A stretch of 64,000 bases of DNA. Origin: Spirochaetota bacterium (GTDB taxonomy: Bacteria; Spirochaetota; UBA4802; UBA5550). Positions within the stretch are counted from its first letter, which is position 1, and every line of letters begins with the position of its first letter. The notes below the pieces were generated by a model, which ran no database searches, was not told the DNA's origin, and saw only the letters and a list, made by a program, of their open reading frames with translations. Shown piece by piece: positions 31,981 through 40,576 of this stretch. The position numbers were made by a program, and so were the translations under genes. The DNA lies in assembly GCA_963663865.1 (NCBI GenBank), contig OY760686.1:2080001-2144000 (forward strand). Direction: 5' to 3'.

Positions 31981-32017
31981 AAGAAAACCTGTTCAAAAGA
32001 TCAGGTTTTCTTTTTTT
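31981..32017 (+). terminator. Intrinsic terminator of the rpsT-HU-tRNA-Val unit
   Basis: aagaaaacctg...caggttttctt followed by a T tract. Confidence 0.8.
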
Positions 32018-32037
32018 ATTAAATCTACACTTTCTAT

Positions 32038-32481
32038 TCAACTTACATAATGAACATAATAGCCTGTCTTCCAGAGAGCATTCCCCTCTCCAGTTAAATA
32101 TAAGGATGTCAGCTTCTTAAAAACTGCAACGGCCATTTTTATTGGATTAAGAAATTCCTTTGATGACTCACCCCCGGCAGATTCAAACAATATTTCATTT
32201 ACACCAACTGTCAGATGGACTCTGTCTGATTTAATCGCTATCCCCTTCCCTGAAAGAATATTGGATATCATTATCACTGAATCAAATATCTCCCTGATTA
32301 CCTGTTCATTATCCTTTGGATTTTTTTGTTTGTTTTCAAAATCAATCCTGCTGCTTAATAAGTCTTTTTCGGCCACAATTGAAACAAAATAATTACCGGG
32401 TATAATCAGGTCATGACAGTACCTGCTTATAGAATTATGATTAAATTCGTCGTTTTTTACCATAGCTTTCCTCCTGAACAT
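32038..32481 (-). CDS. Hypothetical protein
   Basis: 147-aa ORF filling the gap; no motif recognised. Confidence 0.5.
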   Translation of the reverse strand: MFRRKAMVKNDEFNHNSISRYCHDLIIPGNYFVSIVAEKDLLSSRIDFENKQKNPKDNEQVIREIFDSVIMISNILSGKGIAIKSDRVHLTVGVNEILFESAGGESSKEFLNPIKMAVAVFKKLTSLYLTGEGNALWKTGYYVHYVS

Positions 32482-32564
32482 ATAACGGGCCAGGTGGAAA
32501 TAGATTAAATATTTTTGGAATAATTCTGATATTTTTGAGGGTTCGGAAGAAAGTTGGGATTATG

Positions 32565-32638
32565 CACGCCAGTCAGGATTCGAACCTGAGACCTACGGCT
32601 TAGAAGGCCGTTGCTCTATCCAGCTGAGCTACTGGCGC
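32565..32638 (-). tRNA. tRNA-Arg (TCT)
   Basis: GCGCCAG/CTGGCGT; ACGGC-CT-TCT-AA-GCCGT; TTCGAAT. Confidence 0.97.
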
Positions 32639-32649
32639 GTATAAACTCT

Positions 32650-32723
32650 TCGGGGCGAGAGGATTCGAACCTCCGACAACTCGGTCCCAAACCGAGGACT
32701 CTACCGGACTGAGCTACACCCCG
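32650..32723 (-). tRNA. tRNA-Pro (TGG)
   Basis: CGGGGTG/CGCCCCG; CTCGG-TT-TGG-GA-CCGAG; TTCGAAT. Confidence 0.97.
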
Positions 32724-32929
32724 TTGATATAAGTCAAATTAGTACCCACCATGAAATGTGTCAATGTTTTTCTGAATTATACTCTCTAATTTTCATTCTT
32801 TATGTTTTTATCTTGCATCAAGAAACAGCATTTCAAATAAAATAATTATTCCAACTTTTTTTTGGTTTAAAAAGGACACTTCACGTAGAATCAGGTGTTT
32901 AAATAATATATTGATAAAGGTGTTCATAT

Positions 32930-33433
32930 ATGAAAAATGAGATCGATATCGAATCTTATTATCACAAGTACGGGCCTATGGTTTACCGAAGATGCGTTTC
33001 GATTCTTCACGACGATGACAGAGCCTATGACGCCCTGCAGGAGGTTTTTATGAAGCTGATTACAAATTCGGCAAAGCTGGATGGATATTATCCATCAAGC
33101 CTGCTCTTTACGATCGCGACAAATGTATGCCTTAATATGCTCAGGGCAGACAGACACGCTCCGGCATACATAAATAGCGATGATATAGCCGAAAAGCCAA
33201 ATCCTGTGTCAGACAATATTGAAAACCGAGTAGCCGATACTGACTTGCTGGATAGGATATTCAGCCGTCACAAAGAGTCAACACGACTTATTGCATACCT
33301 GCATTACCGTGATGGAATGACGTTGAAAGAAGTCGCTGAGATCGCGGGCCTGTCTATTTCCGGTGTTAGAAAACGGCTAAGGAATCTTAAATTGGACGCC
33401 CTTCAATACATCTCTGTGGAGGAAGTACAATGA
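32930..33433 (+). CDS. ECF RNA polymerase sigma factor
   Basis: YGPMVYRRC...AYDALQEVF...LFTIATNVCLN; region 4 HTH DGMTLKEVAEIAGLSISGVRKRL. Confidence 0.92.
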   Translation: MKNEIDIESYYHKYGPMVYRRCVSILHDDDRAYDALQEVFMKLITNSAKLDGYYPSSLLFTIATNVCLNMLRADRHAPAYINSDDIAEKPNPVSDNIENRVADTDLLDRIFSRHKESTRLIAYLHYRDGMTLKEVAEIAGLSISGVRKRLRNLKLDALQYISVEEVQ

Positions 33434-34314
33434 AAATTTCAGATATATCTGATATCAAACTGGAACGTTTTCTTCTTGGTGAATTGCCTGACAAAGAAAT
33501 GCATGAAATTACTGCTGCCATTAAAAACACAGAGCTAAAAAATAGGATTGAAAGGATAAATAAACAAACCAGGAATTTCCAGAACGATTTTCGTACCTTT
33601 AATACCTTAAAACATCTAAAAATGTCAATTAAGGATAATAATCAAACAGTTAATATCTCAAAATATTTATTAACGATTGTTCCCGCAGCAGCAGCAGCGG
33701 TAATTATTCTTGTTATAAATTTCAACAACACACCGCATACAATCAACAACACCTCTGTGTCTTCAATCGCCGCAAATAGTAACAACACCACAGTTGCAAA
33801 TATTAAGAACAATTCTGTTATATCCGCATACAATCCAACAGATCATTCCAATGATACAACACGTATCAAGGGCGAACCCTCAATCTATCTATACTTAAAA
33901 GAACGTGGGAAGGTCAAACTACTGGAACCCGGATCGGAAGCCCATCAGGGCGATCTAATTCAAATAGCCTACTCTGTCCCATCTGACTGCTGGGGAACAA
34001 TTCTTTCATTAGACGGAAGGGGTGCTATTTCAACCCATTTGCCTCTGGACACATCAGGAAAAACAGCAATCAAGGCTGGCGGCAAACAACTTGTAAGTCA
34101 CTCATACGAGCTTGATGATGCGCCTCATTTTGAATACTTCCTATTTATTACATCACCAAAAGAATTTGAAATTAATCAAATATTAGAAGCCCTAAAGCTT
34201 GAGACAGATAAAATCATAAGTAATATAAACAATTCTGAAACTCCCGTTTTTAACCCTGGCAAGGAATATAAAATTTCCTCAATAATTATCAAGAAGGCAA
34301 GTTATGAAAAATAG
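33430..34314 (+). CDS. Putative anti-sigma factor: N-terminal helical domain, TM, periplasmic DUF4384/ActD-like domain
   Basis: LERFLLGELP, single TM (LLTIVPAAAAAVIILVI), RIKG, GDLIQIAY, SLDGRG, SYELDDAPHFE; ATGA overlap with the sigma gene. Confidence 0.75.
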   Translation: MKISDISDIKLERFLLGELPDKEMHEITAAIKNTELKNRIERINKQTRNFQNDFRTFNTLKHLKMSIKDNNQTVNISKYLLTIVPAAAAAVIILVINFNNTPHTINNTSVSSIAANSNNTTVANIKNNSVISAYNPTDHSNDTTRIKGEPSIYLYLKERGKVKLLEPGSEAHQGDLIQIAYSVPSDCWGTILSLDGRGAISTHLPLDTSGKTAIKAGGKQLVSHSYELDDAPHFEYFLFITSPKEFEINQILEALKLETDKIISNINNSETPVFNPGKEYKISSIIIKKASYEK

Positions 34315-36655
34315 TGCAAATATATACAGGATTCTAATTATTCTTTCATCTCTATTACTCTTTGTAGGCCTTGCAAATGCCGAGAGTAAAAATCATATAA
34401 GAAGGTTTTGCTTCGTTGCAGGAGCTAATGATGGTGGTATCGAAAGAGTAAAACTCAAGTACGCGGTAAAAGACTCTTATTCATTTTCCGGACTACTACA
34501 TTCAATAGGAGGAATATCGAAAGACGACTCACGTTTGCTTGTTAATCCACGAAGGGATGCTTTTTTAAAAGAGTTAACAGATTTTGCATCTTCAGTAAGC
34601 TCCATATCAAACAAAGATGAACGAACAGAGTTTTTATTTTATTATTCGGGACACTCAGATGAAAAATCAATTCTGCTTGGCAACGAGAATGTCAGTTATA
34701 CCGAAATCAGAGACATTATCAACCGAATTGATGCAGACGTAAAAATTGCCATACTTGACTCATGTTCATCAGGCGCTTTTACCCGGCTTAAGGGCGGCAA
34801 ACTACGCTCCCCCTTTTTAGTCGATGCAGCACACAACATGAAGGGTTTTGCTTTCATGACTTCAAGCTCCGTAGACGAAGCTTCACAGGAGTCCGACCGA
34901 ATCCGTGGTTCGTTTTTCACTCATTATCTTTTAACCGGACTTAGAGGTGCAGCTGACCTCAATCGCGACGGGAAAATTACTTTAAATGAGGCTTACCAGT
35001 TTGCTTACTTCGAAACCCTTGCCGGTACACAGCAGACTCTTGCCGGTCCGCAGCATCCGAACTATGCAATTCAAATGACTGGAACAGGCGACGTTATCAT
35101 GACTGACATTCGTCGAAGTTCATCTATTCTTGTAATTCCAGCAAGTATACACGGCAGACTCTATGTCAAAAACAGCAATGACATCCTCGTCTGTGAGCTC
35201 AGAAAAATGCCGGGCCAGGATATTGAACTTGGACTTGAAGAAGGAGATTATACAGTACTTCTTTCCCAGGAAGCCACTCTTCTCGAAGGGGAACTGGTCC
35301 TGCAGGAAGGTGAGAAAACTGAACTTAAATTAGATCTGCTCACCAGAGCTGATACCGAGTATACTCTTCAAAGAGGCACTAATCCAATGCCTGATATTCA
35401 AAAAAGTCAACATCAATATAATTTTGAGGAACAGGTGTGGTACTTCTCGCCAATATACCGCAAAAGCGGAAGAGAAAATATTCAAAATCGATTTGTTTTT
35501 AATCTCTTTGGGAGTTATTCTGCTGCAATCGACGGATTTAGTTTTGGTTTTGGCCCTACAGTAACAGAATATGACATGACAGGTTTTCATTGTTCAATAA
35601 TAGGGAACTATGCGGGCGGCAACGCAGAAGGCCTGTTATTCAGCAATATTTTCAATGTTGTTTGTCAAGATTTTGCCGGTGTTGAACACAGTGGTCTTTT
35701 TAACATTAATTATGGTGATACAAAAGGATTACAGTTAGCCTCACTGTTCAATATGTCCGACGGCGAAACCAAATGGGTCCAGATTTCAGGCCTTTTTAAT
35801 ACATCCGGGAAAGATTTTTATGGTTTCCGTATTTCTGGCCTTTTCAACTATGGTGGTAATAATTCCCACGGCTTTTCAGCCACTGGATTATTTAATCAAA
35901 CAGTCAATGACTTTTCGGGTGTAAACATTGCCGGCCTATACAACATATCTGGTGGTAAGGCTTCCGGTTTCCAGGCAGCCGGACTTTTTAACTATTCAGA
36001 GAAATCATCTTCAGGATTCAATGCCGCTGGACTGTACAATATAACACAAGATTCCTTCAAGGGTGTTAATATTGCCGGACTGTTCAACAAAGCTGACAAT
36101 ATTACCGGCGCTCAGATTGCACCAGTAAATATTTCTAAAAACGTTAAAGGTCTTCAACTCGGAGTAATCAACATAGCCGAAGAATCCGGAGGTCTTCCGA
36201 TTGGTATTATAAATGTATCAGGTGACGGCGGAATTGAGCTGGTCTGCTGGAGCAGCACAACCATGCTTTTAAATACAGGCTTTCTGTTCCGATCAGGATA
36301 TTTTTACTCAATCATTGCGGGTTCAACATTCAATTCAGAGTTCAGTGGCAAGGGTGATTCTTTCGGATACAGCTATTATGCCGGTGTACAGATACCTGTT
36401 TCAATATTATTTTTCAGCGTTGACGTGGGCCAACTGACAGTGGACAACAAAAAGATTTTTGACTACTCTTCATCGAACGACTTCCAGGTACTTCAGGGAA
36501 GATTGTCTGCTGGGATAAAAATATTGAATCGAATCTCATTTTTTGGCGGAACATCAATAAACTATAAATATACCTATGACCGATTTAAAGACGGAAAGCT
36601 TGAGGCTGAATACTTTGGAGGAGTTAGACTGTCTGTCTTCGGTAAAAATTTATAA
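34304..36655 (+). CDS. Exported caspase-like protease (C14) with beta-solenoid repeats and probable C-terminal beta-barrel
   Basis: Signal peptide (ANA-E); FYYSGH117, ILDSC154; GSFFTHYL..GLRGAAD.NRDGKITLNEAY; GxxxxGLFN repeats. Confidence 0.88.
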   Translation: MKNSANIYRILIILSSLLLFVGLANAESKNHIRRFCFVAGANDGGIERVKLKYAVKDSYSFSGLLHSIGGISKDDSRLLVNPRRDAFLKELTDFASSVSSISNKDERTEFLFYYSGHSDEKSILLGNENVSYTEIRDIINRIDADVKIAILDSCSSGAFTRLKGGKLRSPFLVDAAHNMKGFAFMTSSSVDEASQESDRIRGSFFTHYLLTGLRGAADLNRDGKITLNEAYQFAYFETLAGTQQTLAGPQHPNYAIQMTGTGDVIMTDIRRSSSILVIPASIHGRLYVKNSNDILVCELRKMPGQDIELGLEEGDYTVLLSQEATLLEGELVLQEGEKTELKLDLLTRADTEYTLQRGTNPMPDIQKSQHQYNFEEQVWYFSPIYRKSGRENIQNRFVFNLFGSYSAAIDGFSFGFGPTVTEYDMTGFHCSIIGNYAGGNAEGLLFSNIFNVVCQDFAGVEHSGLFNINYGDTKGLQLASLFNMSDGETKWVQISGLFNTSGKDFYGFRISGLFNYGGNNSHGFSATGLFNQTVNDFSGVNIAGLYNISGGKASGFQAAGLFNYSEKSSSGFNAAGLYNITQDSFKGVNIAGLFNKADNITGAQIAPVNISKNVKGLQLGVINIAEESGGLPIGIINVSGDGGIELVCWSSTTMLLNTGFLFRSGYFYSIIAGSTFNSEFSGKGDSFGYSYYAGVQIPVSILFFSVDVGQLTVDNKKIFDYSSSNDFQVLQGRLSAGIKILNRISFFGGTSINYKYTYDRFKDGKLEAEYFGGVRLSVFGKNL
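35534..36229 (+). repeat. About 15 protein-level repeats (mostly 16 aa; G-x4-G-L-[FY]-N), LA_2272-like surface repeat
   Basis: e.g. GFRISGLFNYGGNNSH / GFSATGLFNQTVNDFS / GVNIAGLYNISGGKAS / GFQAAGLFNYSEKSSS. Confidence 0.85.
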
Positions 36656-36666
36656 AACATAAATAC

Positions 36667-36697
36667 AAAAAACCGCGGTAAAAAACCGCGGTTTTTT
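36667..36697. terminator. Bidirectional intrinsic terminator
   Basis: aaaaaaccgcggt-aaaaa-accgcggtttttt. Confidence 0.85.
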
Positions 36698-36701
36698 CAT
36701 G

Positions 36702-36775
<74 letters not shown>

Positions 36776-36840
36776 ATATCCAATTACAATGTTATCTTGA
36801 GCTCTGTCTCTGTCAATTAAAATGCGAACCGAGTGTCAAT

Positions 36841-36878
36841 AATTGAGTATATCTGTCTCTAAACAGATATACTCAATT
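36841..36878. terminator. Perfect 16-bp inverted repeat after the PPDK-like gene
   Basis: aattgagtatatctgt-ctctaa-acagatatactcaatt; weak U tract. Confidence 0.6.
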
Positions 36879-36884
36879 AGATCA

Positions 36885-39494
36885 CTAAACGTCTACATTT
36901 TCCATCTCGATTATATTGTTCTGTGCGATCGCAAGCTTTGCAAGTGGGATTGAATAAGGCGAACATGAAACATAATTCATCCCTGTATTCATACAAAATC
37001 GGATATTATCCGGATTTGCACCATGTTCACCACACAGCCCCATCTTGATATCCGGCCTGGTCAGTCTGCCCCGTAGAGCAGCCAGCTCTATCAGCTCCTT
37101 GACTTCATCGCCAAGTAGATTAAATGGATTGTGTTTCATTAAGTCATAAAGAGAATAATCCGGGAAGAAAGTCGTAGAATCATCTCTTGAGAGCCCATAA
37201 GTTGTCTGAGTCAGGTCATTGGTGCCGAAGCTGAAAAATTCCGCATATTGTGCTATATTTCCAGCACCCAGAGCGGCGGCAGGAAGTTCAATCATTGTTC
37301 CAATTTTACAGTCAAGATGGTCAATACCGTATTCTTCTAGAACCTCTTTTTTTACATCAAGGATTCCCTTAACCATTTGACCTTCAATTTTTTTGCCATT
37401 TTTAATAAACTTAACTTCCTGTTCACTCATAACGATAGGTATCATTATTTCTGGTAAAACTTTTACGCCTTCTTTTTTGAGCATACATGCTGCCTCAAAA
37501 ATTGCTCTAACCTGCATTTCGTAAATCTCTGGATATGTTACAGCTACACGGCATCCTCTATGCCCGAGCATCGGGTTCATTTCAGCAAGATCAGAACATC
37601 TTGCCTTTAGATCTGCCGGCTTAAGGTTTTTCTGCCTCGTTTTCATGTATGTGATGAATTCATTCATACTATCATCTGTTCTCGGCAGAAATTCATGTAG
37701 CGGGGCATCAAGAAGACGGATAGTTACAGGCTTATCCGACATGATTTTCAACAGTTCATAAAAATCTGCTCTCTGCATCGGTTTTAGTGCATCAAGGGCC
37801 TTAAGTCTATCTTTATCATCTGTAGCAATTATCATTTCACGGAATTTCATTATGCGTTTTTCATTAAAGAACATGTGTTCAGTTCTGCAAAGTCCGATTC
37901 CAACAGCCTTAAAATCACGGGCAACTAAAGCATCTCGCCCCTGATCGGCGTTTGCGCGAACATTAAAATCTGTGACATATCCATCAACTATTTCCAGGAA
38001 ATCATTAAGCCCATTTGTTTTAAAATCAGGCTGGATCAAACCGACTTTTCCAAGATAGATCGTCGGATCTTCGTAGTAAGGGACATTAATTGAAATATAG
38101 TCGCCTTCTTTTACTGTTTTCCCGCCAATAGTCAGTGAATTTTTCGTCAGCTTCATGTCAGGTTGAACCATGGCGACCTTTCCAAGGCTTCTTGCAACAA
38201 CAGGAGCATGAGATGAGAATCCTCCCTCAGTCGTGATAACACCCTGAGCAACCTCAATAGCCTTAACATCTTCTGCAAAAGAAGACGGAAGTACCAAAAT
38301 GAGATTTTTATCCTCGCCGTGCATTATTGCTTTTTTGTATTCATCGAGAAGCCTTGGCGTAGAGAAGAAAACACGGCCTATAGCAGCTCCAGTTGATCCT
38401 GCGATTCCTCCCTTTATTGATTTAACTGTTTTAATTGTTCGAGGATCAATAACTGGATGGAGAAGTTCGTTTAATTGATTGGGCTTAATTGTTTTAATCA
38501 GCTCTTTTTTCTCTATTATACCACGGCTGCATAAATCAAGGAGAGTTTTTATCTGTGCCTGTGTTGACTTTTCATCACACTCTCTCTGTTCGACAAGCCA
38601 GAAATCATTCTCTTCAATAGTAAACTTTACATCTCTAATCTCATGAAAGTTGTCTTCAATACTCTGGGCCATCTGTGAAAGCTTTTTTAAGTACCCTTTG
38701 TCTATCGAAGACAATGCTCGTGCCTTGCCTTTCGTCAGATCAAATTCATTTTGCAAATATTGTCCTTGAATTTCTTTTTCTCCGGTGATTATATTACGAG
38801 TGTAAAAATTACCCGCATACGAATTGTCACCAAAATTACCATAAACCATAACTTGAACAATTATAGACATTGAATCATCAACGTCTATTTCAGAATCGCA
38901 GTATTTTGAAGCTGCCTGTTTCAATATCAGACTAAGTTGATCATAAGGGTCTAGCATGAATTCTTCGCCAAATTCCTTTAAATACGCACTAATCATTTCA
39001 TCTGATTTTTCCTTTGTACCTTTTTTTGCCGCAAACGGCGCTTCAAACTTCTTAATCTCATCTGCGGTCATATCGAAAAGATACTGCCCGACCCTCCTTA
39101 GTAAAAACAAAAATTCACCGTTTGCGAAATCCCTGTCAGTAAATTTTGCAAACCCTTTTACGGTTTCAAAGTTTAGCCCGATATTGTGAATTGAAGGAAA
39201 AAATGGTATATTGAGGTCAGAACTCAACACTACCTTCAGAAGAAGAGGTTTGTTTGAATCACCATACTTCTTCTTTGTTTCTTTTTCAAGATTTGTGATG
39301 TGTGACTTTAGCATTTCCTTTAGATTTACATTTGGAAGCTTTTTCGTTAAAACCGAATCTATAATAAAGCCTGGAGCTATTGGCAATCCCATCAATGCAA
39401 GATCAACTGCTCTTCTGCCCCTGATACCAATTTTCTCTTTTTGCTTTGCAGGTATTTCTTTTAAATCTTTATTGAAATAAATAATATTTTCCAT
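36885..39494 (-). CDS. ppdK: Pyruvate phosphate dikinase homologue with degenerate nucleotide-binding domain (PEP-utilising phosphotransferase)
   Basis: Intact: GGFSSH429APVVAR, GLCRTEHMF, IRLLD, NPMLGHRGCR, MIE, SFGTNDLTQ, CGEHG. Altered N-domain: GIRG, LKVVLSS, no GEDVVAG, DVKF. Confidence 0.85.
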   Translation of the reverse strand: MENIIYFNKDLKEIPAKQKEKIGIRGRRAVDLALMGLPIAPGFIIDSVLTKKLPNVNLKEMLKSHITNLEKETKKKYGDSNKPLLLKVVLSSDLNIPFFPSIHNIGLNFETVKGFAKFTDRDFANGEFLFLLRRVGQYLFDMTADEIKKFEAPFAAKKGTKEKSDEMISAYLKEFGEEFMLDPYDQLSLILKQAASKYCDSEIDVDDSMSIIVQVMVYGNFGDNSYAGNFYTRNIITGEKEIQGQYLQNEFDLTKGKARALSSIDKGYLKKLSQMAQSIEDNFHEIRDVKFTIEENDFWLVEQRECDEKSTQAQIKTLLDLCSRGIIEKKELIKTIKPNQLNELLHPVIDPRTIKTVKSIKGGIAGSTGAAIGRVFFSTPRLLDEYKKAIMHGEDKNLILVLPSSFAEDVKAIEVAQGVITTEGGFSSHAPVVARSLGKVAMVQPDMKLTKNSLTIGGKTVKEGDYISINVPYYEDPTIYLGKVGLIQPDFKTNGLNDFLEIVDGYVTDFNVRANADQGRDALVARDFKAVGIGLCRTEHMFFNEKRIMKFREMIIATDDKDRLKALDALKPMQRADFYELLKIMSDKPVTIRLLDAPLHEFLPRTDDSMNEFITYMKTRQKNLKPADLKARCSDLAEMNPMLGHRGCRVAVTYPEIYEMQVRAIFEAACMLKKEGVKVLPEIMIPIVMSEQEVKFIKNGKKIEGQMVKGILDVKKEVLEEYGIDHLDCKIGTMIELPAAALGAGNIAQYAEFFSFGTNDLTQTTYGLSRDDSTTFFPDYSLYDLMKHNPFNLLGDEVKELIELAALRGRLTRPDIKMGLCGEHGANPDNIRFCMNTGMNYVSCSPYSIPLAKLAIAQNNIIEMENVDV

Positions 39495-39530
39495 TTTTTT
39501 CTCCAGTATTTCTTCTTTAGATTAATAATC

Positions 39531-40433
39531 CTAGAAAAGATTAAGCACTTTACCCACTCCGATTTTCAAGAACTGCTCAAATCTGTGGCTGGCGCCTTCA
39601 TAAAGATATTTCTGCAGCTTTGAAATGCCGCGAATATCCTCTCCTGCCACCTGGAAGAAAATTGAATCACCATGTTTAACCTTCCCCCATTTAAAAAGCG
39701 CATTTATGTCATTTATGAGTTCATTCTGGTGGTATATATATACCTTCAAGTCAGGATATTTCGTTGTGAAGCTTTCAATTATCTTCTTCCATGCTTCTAC
39801 ATTTCCATTGTGAAATAATTCGTTTGAAACCTGCACCGCATATTTGGGCGTTACATTCTTTTTAGATGGTGCGGCCTGAGTAACCGGTTTTTTTACCGGC
39901 AATTTCGGAGCAATAGTTTGATCAATAAAATCTGGACTTATAAAAACATCTTTTCCAGACATCATCTCCTCAATAGCATTAATGGCGTCCTGCTCAACTT
40001 TTTTATCATTTTGTTTTATAAACCTTGCGTAAATAACCGCAAGCTGATCCTGCACTATTTCACGAACCCTTTCCCAGTGTTCCGGATTCTTTGGATTAAT
40101 CAGCAATACCTTCCCGCCTGACGTAAAGTAAACGATAACGATATCAACAGCGGTCCACTTCATCGTTTCAGTATATATACTTTCAAATTCATTGAGATTT
40201 GAAAGGAGATTTATTGATCTTGCTGAATAACCGTAACGGTCTCGCAACAATGCCCCTACAACTGGCAATATCTGATCTTGACTAACTTCCTCTTCATCAA
40301 GAAAAGTATTCATAACATCCGCCAGGTTTCGTTTCGCTTCCATATCAGCAACTACATCGTTAACAGAATAAAAATGCCTCAATGCCTTGTTGAAATTACT
40401 CTTTGTAGCCAGCGAATAATATGTGGTGTCCAT
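39531..40433 (-). CDS. Hypothetical protein with C-terminal HPr-like domain (His208)
   Basis: VQVSNELFH...NALFKWG.VKHGDSIFFQVAGED aligns by eye to HPr (ITAPNGLH...KSLFKL...GTVVTISAEGED). ORF is clear; fold is inferred. Confidence 0.75.
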   Translation of the reverse strand: MDTTYYSLATKSNFNKALRHFYSVNDVVADMEAKRNLADVMNTFLDEEEVSQDQILPVVGALLRDRYGYSARSINLLSNLNEFESIYTETMKWTAVDIVIVYFTSGGKVLLINPKNPEHWERVREIVQDQLAVIYARFIKQNDKKVEQDAINAIEEMMSGKDVFISPDFIDQTIAPKLPVKKPVTQAAPSKKNVTPKYAVQVSNELFHNGNVEAWKKIIESFTTKYPDLKVYIYHQNELINDINALFKWGKVKHGDSIFFQVAGEDIRGISKLQKYLYEGASHRFEQFLKIGVGKVLNLF

Positions 40434-40469
40434 ACCAAATCTCCTTTTTGCAATTTTACGTGATAGAAT

Positions 40470-40498
40470 ATACTATGATATTGCACTATAATATGCAA
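40470..40498 (-). promoter_or_regulatory. Sigma-70 promoter of the HPr-like/PPDK-like genes, with overlapping inverted repeat
   Basis: Minus strand TTGCAT-N17-TAGTAT; TTGCA-N8-TGCAA palindrome at 40481-40498. Confidence 0.55.
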
Positions 40499-40519
40499 GT
40501 ATTTTGAAATATTTCCTGT

Positions 40520-40549
40520 AAAAAAAGGGGAAGCCTAACCGGCTTCCCC
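40520..40549 (-). terminator. Intrinsic terminator after cfpA
   Basis: Minus strand GGGGAAGCC-GGTTA-GGCTTCCCC-TTTTTTT. Confidence 0.88.
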
Positions 40550-40576
40550 CTGTATTTATGCTGATTCATTGCTTGG

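Noticed and set aside
35534-36229. Periodic sequence as a CRISPR array or DNA tandem repeat
   Set aside because: The periodicity is at protein level with degenerate codons; no identical repeats with spacers and no cas genes.
36885-39494. PPDK-like gene as a pseudogene
   Set aside because: Uninterrupted 869-aa frame with intact His and PEP-domain motifs.
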